Origin: Eledone cirrhosa
Lineage: Eukaryota
Assembly: GCA_964016885.1 (NCBI GenBank)
Contig: OZ024743.1
Span: 273,110,001 to 273,174,000, forward strand
Direction: 5' to 3'
Length of the DNA stretch: 64,000 bases
A program made the translations under genes and the position numbers. Below, piece after piece: positions 53,816 through 64,000 of the stretch (positions are counted from its first letter, which is position 1; each line of letters opens with the position of its first letter). The notes under the pieces were generated by a model, which did no database searches, was not told the origin of the DNA, and was given only the letters and a program-made list of their open reading frames with translations.

Positions 53816-54665
53816 TATATCCTATATATCACATTCAATATAAATAAAATATGTGTGTATTTATGTATGTATGTAAGTACGCATGTATGTATGTATGCAT
53901 GTATGTATGTATTATCTAACAGGTTCGTTTGTTATAGAATATACGTGCGATTATCTCAATATAAGCAGCTTCATTTTATTTTCAAGTGTTTCTCTGTATG
54001 TCTGTCTGTTGAAAAGTATTTAGGAGATGAAAAATTTCACTATGTTTGGATAGAACGTCACTTTGAAACATGTGGAATGGAATTGAATCGTCTAAAATAG
54101 GATACGTCAAACGTTCTAAGAATACTTGAAATGATTGGAACATATGTAAACTTGGTCTATACAAAATACAGTAAGTACCCAAAGAAAACGCTTTATTCTT
54201 GTTTAATTCTAAAATCCTCAAGATCCTACTGAAAATAGACTCCAATCTCGTAATTTACCGCATACACTGCGACATAAACATTTCGGTTTATTGCATAAAA
54301 ATTAGTAAACCTATGCAATTAAGAGGGTACGCTCATGTTGAAGTAGCAAAATAAAGTATGAAGGAAAACAAATTAAACATATAAAAAATTTAACGGTATA
54401 TGAAATAGAATACAATAAATACAAGAGAGGGACGATTTCATCAAACGTGCAAATATTTTTGCAGTGCTTTGTACAAAGAATAGAGATAATTGAAAAAAAA
54501 AAAAAACACCTGAACGTATAAATCGCAAGTAACACAGAAAACAAATTTGTTTATCGTACATGAGAACAACATTAAACGAAAACAGATTCACTTTCGTGAG
54601 GAAAATAAACATTCTATTGTGAATGAAAATCTTAAATCATTATTTGCCCGGGGATCAAGTGTGTA

Positions 54666-54710
<45 letters not shown>

Positions 54711-55249
54711 GAATACAAATTTCATTTGACATTAAATATAGAAGTTTAGTATTTAATAAAATTGGGGATATTGTCCATTTTTGCAACATTGCTATTCAGC
54801 TTTCATAATCATTTGACTTAACGCAATCGTTAGCAGTGGTGTGGGTTTTTTAAAATATGTATATATTCAAGAACATCTATGCACTAGTTCAATGGCGGAT
54901 ATGTGAAAACGCTTAGCATTTTGTACACATATATATCAAATGTACACTTATATATCAATCCAATGAAAGGGTCTCCAAAGGGTCACCCGATCTGCCAGAA
55001 ACTTGGACTAGGTTATTGAAACAGAAAAATTGAGCAGGATTTGGTTATTAGTTCATACAGTTCCAGAAACAGCACAAGCCACCTTTGGATTTTTGTGTGT
55101 GCATATATGTCTGTGTGTGTGTGTGTATACGTGTGAGAGATATTATACAGATGATGAAATAGAAATGATAAATACATATATAGCTTCTAACATGACATTT
55201 CAACCAATAAAATTATATGTAATTCTTTTTATTATATTTAATATAAATG

Positions 55250-55659
55250 AGAGCGGTTGACTGACAGAATCGGTAGAGCGACGGACATGATTTGTAGCAT
55301 AGAGTGACAGCCCTTTAGGTTCTGAGTTCAAATCCCGCCGAGGTTAGCTTTGCATTTCATCCTTACAGCGTCGATAAAATTAAGTACCTGTCACGCAATG
55401 TGGTCGATGTAATCAACTTTGCCGCGAAATTGTTGCCTTGTGCTAAATCAGAAACCATTATATTTCATGCAAGTAATATGGTGGATTGGCAGTATCGGTA
55501 GAGGGTCGGACGCCATGCTTCCCAGCATAGTTACGTCCCTTTACGATCTGAGTTCAATCCCGCCGAGGTTGACTTTGCCTTTCATCCTTACGGGGTCGAT
55601 AAAATAAAGTACCAGTAATGCACTGGGTATTTGCTGGCCTTGTGCCTAACGTAGAAACA
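55250..55659 (+). mobile_element. Two tandem SINEs, the second inserted at the tail of the first
   Basis: TSD ATTATATTTCATGCAAGTAA at 55457-55476 and 55660-55679. Confidence 0.88.
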
Positions 55660-56128
55660 ATTATATTTCATGCAAGTAAGTTCTATTTTCGTCATTTACT
55701 CTTTTATTGAAAATTACAATATTAAGGAAAAATAATTCTGTTGTTTGTCTTTATATACTTTTCTCAACACCCAGGAGAAATACCATCAGAACTATTCAAA
55801 GCTATATCACGATTATATATCTCTCATATATCCAGTTCATCTCAATTAAAATTATATTATTGATATACAGTTTACGCCAATTTTCTCAATTGAGTAAAAA
55901 AAAAACACTTGCGGTGCATTTTTATTTATTCATTAATCGCTGTTTATTCCGAATCTAAAAATATACACGGCTGTTAAAATCTATTTATCATTTATATATT
56001 ATTGAAAGCGATCATTATTTGTCTAGGCCTTATTTTTTTTAACTACTGTGAAATTATAAGGAAAAGAATAACTCGAAGACATAGACATACACAAACACGT
56101 GTGTTTGTGTGAGTGTGTAAGCTATGTG

Positions 56129-56585
<457 letters not shown>

Positions 56586-56840
56586 ATATGCACATAGTTT
56601 ACACACTCACACAAACACACGTTTATATATATATATATGTGTGTGCGTGCGTGTGTGTGTATGCAAAAGGTAAACAGAAATAAATAACAACACGATCGGT
56701 ACAGTATATGGAAGGTGTATATTAGGTTAACGCTTGATATACCAGAAAGAATGAGAAATAAACTAGATCGAGGGGACGGGCGGGATGGAAAAAAATGTCT
56801 TTAGGTAAAAATAACAGGTCCATTCATGTTGACATCTTTT

Positions 56841-56876
<36 letters not shown>

Positions 56877-56877
56877 G

Positions 56878-56938
<61 letters not shown>

Positions 56939-57515
56939 GTTTGTCCTAGCAGACTATCTGGTGCCATCAAGGTTGAGAATCTGCTATAAATAGACCAGAG
57001 CGCACATCAATACTACGTCTATTCCTAGGATGGAAGTTGTATATTTCATAATCTGAATGAGTAAACATCATTGAGCTAATTCATGATTGAGTGAAATGTA
57101 TTTTTCTTATTCATTTCAATATGTTTTTTCACTTGTTAATCAGAGAAGCATGTGCAGTACCCACAGGCATTGAGGATTGGTATGAGGAAGGGAATATTCC
57201 ACGGAACACACCCCAGTCAGGTCATTGTGCTCAATTGAGCCACGGAATATGGCCATAGGCCATATATGCGAGAGCTAGCTTTGAACTCAGAACATAGAAT
57301 GTTGGAAGAACTTCAGCAATGCATCTCATCCACTATTTTAACAAGTTTGCCACTCCACCTTTCCTTTTGATAATATTTCGATAGCTACTTCTCTCGCACC
57401 CAACGACCACGTGGTGGTGTGTTTCATACGCTAGGTGACAGAATAAGAACGCTATTAAAGTATGATTTCAATTCAGAAGGCATAGAAATAAAATTCTTCG
57501 GTAAGAAATAATAAT

Positions 57516-57700
57516 TGTTTCTACTTTAGGCTCAAGGCCAGCAATTACTCAGTACATTACTGGTACTTTATTTTATCGACCCTGCAAGGAAGAAAGGCAA
57601 AGTTAACCTCGGCGGGGTTTGAACTCAGACTGTAAAGGGACGTAACTATGCTGGAAAGCATGGCGTCCAACCCTCTACCGATACTGCCAATTCACCGCCT
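57516..57700 (-). mobile_element. SINE with 15-bp TSD, inserted at the tail of an older SINE
   Basis: TSD GTAAGAAATAATAAT at 57501 and 57701. Confidence 0.9.
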
Positions 57701-58721
57701 GTAAGAAATAATAATGGTTTCTAATTTAGGCACAAGACCAGTAATATGATGAGGAGGGGGTGGTAGGTAAAAGCAATTTACGTTATTATGTAGCATGTAC
57801 TTTACTTTAGTGGCCATAAGATGTAAATGTAAAAAAAAAAATGATTTCGTTGAAAGAAAGAGACAGGAAGGGGGAAAGAATCAGGTTAGTGAAATTAATA
57901 AGTGGTAAATGTATGAGAGGGGGGGGGGGGGGGCGCTAAACTCCACACACACAAAAGTAAGAAGAGCAGATGCAATTTCGACGCTATCTAAAAAATATTC
58001 AAATTTGTATAATAGATATACATTTGAATTTTTTTTGTTTCATTCATTCTTTCTTTCTCTCGCTCATTCTCTCATTATCTCTCTCTCACTTTGTAGGTGC
58101 AAGATTGTACGTATGATGTTTAGTCCGTTTTTTCGTGTATCGTGTTCGTGTAGGTAAATACCACGTGGACATTATAATCCACTGGAAACGACATGTGTAT
58201 TGTAATAGTGATGTGATTCGTACGTGTTCTTTTCGAGTTGAATTTCTCATATACACTCGAATTTTGAAGGAATCTTTGTCATACTAGGAATAACATTTCA
58301 ATATCTGAAAAATCACACACTGTTTTGTGAATAAAATAACACCAAACAGATTTGTACTTAACGGTGTGCAGTGTCCGAGCTGAGCTGGCGCTACATAAGT
58401 AACCAATCAATCAACCATCCAACTAATAATTGTTTCTACTTTGGCACAAGGCCAGCAATTATCCCAGCGTATTACTGGTACTTTATTTTATCGACCCCGT
58501 AAGGATGAAAGGCAAAGTAACTAAAAATGTATACGGAACAGATCCCATTAGTTAATGTTAACTTCCTTCATCAATTTCCAGAATTCGCAATTCAGTTCTC
58601 CATGTCTGTGGTATAGAATATTTGACAGAACAATATAACTATTTGTGTTCTAATTTAAAATACAATTGCTTTCTTCGATTATCACAAGACACGTATAGAA
58701 AGGAGATGCATAGTTAATAAT

Positions 58722-58910
58722 TGTTTCTACTTTTGGCACAAGGCCAGCAATTATCCCAGTCTATTACTGGTACTTTATTTTATCGACCCCGTAAGGATGA
58801 AAGGCAAAGTGAACCTCGGCGCGATTTGAACTCAGTCCGTAAAGGGACGTAACTGTGCTGAAAAGCATGGCGTCCGACCCTCTACCGATACTGCCAATCC
58901 ATCGCCCTAT
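58722..58910 (-). mobile_element. SINE with 17-bp TSD; 5'-truncated sibling at 58430-58520
   Basis: TSD GATGCATAGTTAATAAT at 58705 and 58911. Confidence 0.9.
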
Positions 58911-61900
58911 GATGCATAGTTAATAATGCTGACCCACTGTATCATTAATTCATATTTCCACAATATGTATAAGGAAGAAAGACAAAGTCTATCCATTAGG
59001 GACTTGAACTCAGAATGTTGAATGGTAAAACTAATTAGTAAAATGCGCTTTGGCTCTCCTCTACTAAATGCATTATTACATTAACCCTTTAATTCAGTAA
59101 ATAGATGATTTGCTGAAAAGATGTTGAGGAATAGAAGCCGGCAATAGATGATACTTTCATTGCCATAGCATTTTGAAGATGTATAATATTTCGATTGTAG
59201 AATATTGAGCTCCGCGTTATTTTAGAGTTTCATGCTCAGTTATAAATTAGCGTGACTAAATAGAGTAATGCTATTTGTTGGTTATTAACACCGTAGGGTA
59301 GTCGTGATGTTTAGATCAATGGGACTCGTAACTGTTTCAATTCACTATTGAAGCCAATGGAATGTTATTTCATCCCTAAGGCTTTTGACAAAATAATGAT
59401 CATTATATTATCCCTTCTCTTTTATCACAAATTATTGTATCCATAACACAATAATGTAATATTAGTCAAACCAAAAGTATGCTGCGGAATAAACAAGGAG
59501 TTGCTGTATGGTTAAATGTTCAACATGCTTGTGATACTCATATGCAGCCAATTCACTTTGCTTCAGCTGAAAGTTTTTCATGGAAAACACATGTGAACCA
59601 AACAAACCTTTTGCATATATTTCGCCCTGGTGTTTAGAACTGAAAATATAAACTATTATTATCAAAACTTTAACAAAAATAGAGTTGCATTGAAGGTCCA
59701 GTGTGTGTATAACATCTCACACCCATGCAGGTTTAGCTTGAGTCTGCTTGGGAAGTTTTAAAGATAGGGGACTCAGTCATACGTCGAAAAGCAGCGTGAA
59801 ATGAAGCGTCTTGCTTTAGAGCACTATGCTCCACCTTCTTCAACAATCGTACCCAAAATAGAGTGATGGTGAGTCTAAAATCCTAATCAATAGGCCACGG
59901 GCCTCCACGTTGAATGTCGATTATTAAAACTAAAATCAGTGATGTATTTCCAGAAGATTATGATTTCTAAAGCTAATGCATTCATTAATCATGGCTGATA
60001 AACTTCTAGATACTTAAACCACCTTACGTAATGTATTGTGTCATTCAATACGTTTTACACCAATAAATCTCTGCAAATGTTATAGTTATTGTATTTACAA
60101 TACGATATCTTCAAATGTATTGTCAGAAATACAGGAAGAATAATCATATATTACCTGTTCTTTCATGAATAGTTAATGTAATCTATGTATTTCTTTTATA
60201 CAAAAACAAACTTACATTTATCGCCTATGTAATCTAAAATGTATTTTATACATTTCTTTATATTTCCATTCACTCTATGTGTGGTCTACGTTGAATCTAT
60301 TGTGAATAGATTTTGAGTTTGTATGAAAAATATGTAAAGAGGCAGCAGATGAATTCGTATATTTTGTTATTACATTACTTGTTACAACATATGAAATAGA
60401 AAGATAAATATAATTTTCTCATAATAGACATTGCATAGACGATCTACCCACCTATTTCTATCGTACACAAAGAACTTATTAAGCAACATTTCGATGATCG
60501 TTGCTGTGGACACCATTTGTATTTTTAAATATTTACAAAACAGTATGTAGATTGTCAAAAGCTGATTGTATTTATTATTTACAAACGAAAAGAAAAAAGA
60601 GAAAAAAACAGTTTTTAATCCACTCCCACTCATATTGCACTATTATTTCTTTATTGCATCCCAGTTTAAGAGCGAATTATAAACGTAATCTGTTTGCTGC
60701 CTGAAAGTAGCATTATAATCTCAAACATTAACATTGAGGCGTCGATTACTTTATTGTTAGCTTGTAGATATGCTAAAGAATGGTTTCTCACATTATTTCA
60801 CATTCATTTGAGAATTTCAAATACTGAACAATACAAGACACCATTATCGAAATTTCGAATTTAAGGAAAACGCTTAGTATTTAGGATTTTTGTATATTTT
60901 CTAAGACTACTTGATTTCATCTCAAACTTAAATATATAAGATTAACAGAAAAAGTAAATATTGAAAATATAATGATAAATTCTGACACTTAAATTCATAA
61001 TGAAAAGAGATTTAACTGAACCTACATTCAATCATTTTCCAAATTGAAGACTTATTACCTCTTGATTCAAGAGCCTATACTCAGCGACGCGTGTAGTCGG
61101 TTTAAATAAACTCCAATTCATGCCTGGTATGTTTGTTAGTGACTTGTAGAGCTATAGAGCCATTTTGATGACACATTTGATGGACATTTGTGCCTTGGAC
61201 ATTTTAACCATGATGTAGCACATCTCACTTCTGGTGGTAAGAGAACGAAATTGAGAGCAAGTGATAAGGTGGGGGGATAGAGGAAGAAGAATAATTGATC
61301 ACAACACTGGGACATTGAAAAGATGAAAAGCATGGTGGATATCAGTTGAATTTAAACACACAACACAGTGAATATCGAGGAATTCTTTATCTGACGCCGT
61401 CATCATCATGGGAACTTGGTCAAAATAACCACAATGAGAGGTCTCCATGTACGTCAGTCATTTATTGAGTTGTCTAGATACCAAAACAGAGTCTCTGACA
61501 ATGTTATCAGATTAGGAGAGCGTGTTACGTCTTTCACTTTGATAAACGTTGGGTTCAAAATCAGTAAAGCGACATAGCTTCAATTTAGGTATGATGGCAA
61601 TTGCCTGCAAATCGTACTCGCCCTTTATCACACAATATAAGATCCACGAGAGCATCAAGTACCCTAACAATTCTACCAAGTCACCGCCTTAAATGGAAGT
61701 ACAAATGTGAAACTTAAACCAGAATAACGTGATTAGAAAATCGTAAAAAATGGCATCCACATGCAAGATCTCCGATTTGCTGCGACCTTTATTTCGTCGC
61801 CTTCTCACAAGACACGTAAGCCTTAAAAAAGGTTCATGGGCACTGACTCTCCTTCTAACTAAGTGACGAAAACAGTTCATGTGACCATAATGACTCAATT

Positions 61901-64000
61901 AGGTGGGAGTACTGCGTTGCTGCTTAGCACCAGGCCGACCTTCGTTGAGCAGATTATTATCGAAGTCACTTTAGCGATGATTATCTCGTTTTTGTTCTAT
62001 TTTTCTCTAATGCCATAAGCTGGTGTGGCTTAGTGGGGGATTTGACTGCTATTTCTAGCAGGTCAGCTAAATACATAGGAGCTTCATCCACTACTAAGGA
62101 TTCATTTATAAAAATAAAATTCAATGGTGTAATTTTGATTACACAATCTTCGTATGTGTAACACTGGCACTAAAATACTAAATATGCTACAAACACGATA
62201 AAATATTTGTGAATTCCAGAGATTTACTCCAAATAATATGCATCATTTATGCTTCAATACTACGGCACTAATGAAGAAAGTCGGTAGTTCAGGTTAATTG
62301 CCGTTCATGATTTCTTCTGCGTTGAAATTCTGCTATAGTCATCTTTATTTTTCATTATTTCCCGGTCGTTACGTACAACTAGAGCGCCCCAGGAGATATG
62401 TTGTGTTCTGAATTCAAATTGTTTTCATCTCGGCCAGAGTAGTAAGTCTGGTGCAAACCCAACAAAGTGGCTGAGACTTCATTTAGCATTCGATTGAAAA
62501 CATTTGGATAGCAAGATGTGCTCTAATATGGTATGTTGCAATGGAATTCGAATACAATTAATTGTACTGTTGTTAGACATCCTTCAAGTGTTGAAACTAA
62601 TGGGAAATAAACAGTTAATGAGAAAATATAGACGCTCGTTTAAATCAACTTTATTACTGTAATTTGTTTGGAACACTATATATACTGATACCTGGTGGGT
62701 TTTCAGTGTCGTTAGGGCATCGGATTGAATCCTTTGAGTTATTTGTGCTAGATAGTTGCCCTCTCAGACACATTATGCCAGTCTGAATTTAGCTTTCCGG
62801 CACCCCTAGCTCAATAAAGTACCAGTCCAGTACCGCTGTCGATACAATTTCTATCGTCTACCTTTTTTGGTCTATTTCATACTATCTCACTTTCTCTCTG
62901 GAAGAAAACCGACTTGTTCATACATGACATGTGAGGAACTCCGCCTGATGCAACTGTCTCTGGCACGCTGTATTTCATGACGGTGTTCCTACGACTTCAT
63001 CTGGAGTGACTGGATCAACGAATGACACGCATAACACCATCTGCGCGTGTACATTAAATATGTTTCAGGTTATATCGGGAAAAAAACTTAAATATTACAG
63101 TATTTTTTTTCTAATTTGCATCGTCTAAAGTTAGATGAAAGAAGACATCTATTTAACAAACAATATAAAAAAGTAGCTAATAATCAAATATTATACTTGC
63201 ATTAATTTCAATTTGTATCTATTTTGTGCCAGATACAATTTATGTTTTATATAGTCCATCCGATGTACTTTTCCTCGCTTATATTGAAGTAATAGTTTGC
63301 AAATGACAGTGATTTAAATGTTTATACATGAAATAGTGATATATTAAATGCCGGGAGTTTTCAAATCATCAGAGCAGCCAAGAGAGTGTGTTGTGGTATT
63401 TGTTGTAGAACTCTATACCCACCAGAGTCAAATATACTTTTCAGCTTTTTTAGTATCGATAAATGAAATACCAGTTCAGCCCGGAAATTGGTTCTTTTTT
63501 TTAAGTGCTTACATTTGTTCCGGGTCTCACAGTAATACACTCGACCAGACAAGTGCCAGGTTGAATAGACACTTGTGGTTTCCTAGGTCAATATCAGTGC
63601 CGTAGACAGACTCGCATGCTGGTCTTCCAAAAAATGTTTTTGTCCTGGGCTGAGACCTGGATAACGTTCTAGGTACAGATTAAGTCTAATAATACATACT
63701 TAGGCCCTTGATTGAGCAAATTGTTTACAATTTGTAACTATCGAAGGGAAGAAGACCTCGGTAATAGATGGACTAATGCAGGGTATGTAATATTGCACAT
63801 TTATTAGATAGGCGAAACAAAGCTGTTCTAGTTCAGAGCAGAATGTACCTTACACATATTTCACAAAGTGTTTTCTTTCAACCCCCAAACCTTACCTTTT
63901 ATGTAAAGACCTGAGTCCATTCAATCATAAGTTAACTTTCATCCAATACTCGTCTTTGGATTGTTTCTTTAGAAATGTCACATATCTCCAAAGTCTTCAC

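Noticed and set aside
59462-59638. Minus-strand terminal exon candidate
   Set aside because: An acceptor-like site is present, but there is no recognisable protein and no linked exon.

Overview
AT-rich eukaryotic DNA, dense in (TA)n and (CA)n microsatellites. The repeat content resembles an octopod cephalopod genome, but that is inference. No intact host protein-coding gene is supported, and most listed ORFs are microsatellite artefacts. The window is a stack of mobile elements: decayed Penelope-like retroelements (PLEs; two with RT + GIY-YIG, plus two further RT remnants), a hATm-like DNA transposon, a Charlie/Buster-type hAT non-autonomous element inside an RTE LINE, an R4/Dong-like LINE remnant, tRNA-derived SINEs and MITEs. 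The most striking signal is roughly 19 hand-folded minimal type I hammerhead ribozyme (HHR) motifs from about 10 unrelated sequence families between 2.7 and 44.5 kb. They include non-coding ~430-445 bp and ~706 bp tandem units (retrozyme-like), head-to-head hairpins with an HHR on each arm, and core variants (U3-A8). Almost all sit in (TA)n tracts as two-armed inverted insertions with recurrent end points. All folds were done by eye, and no ribozyme activity is demonstrated.
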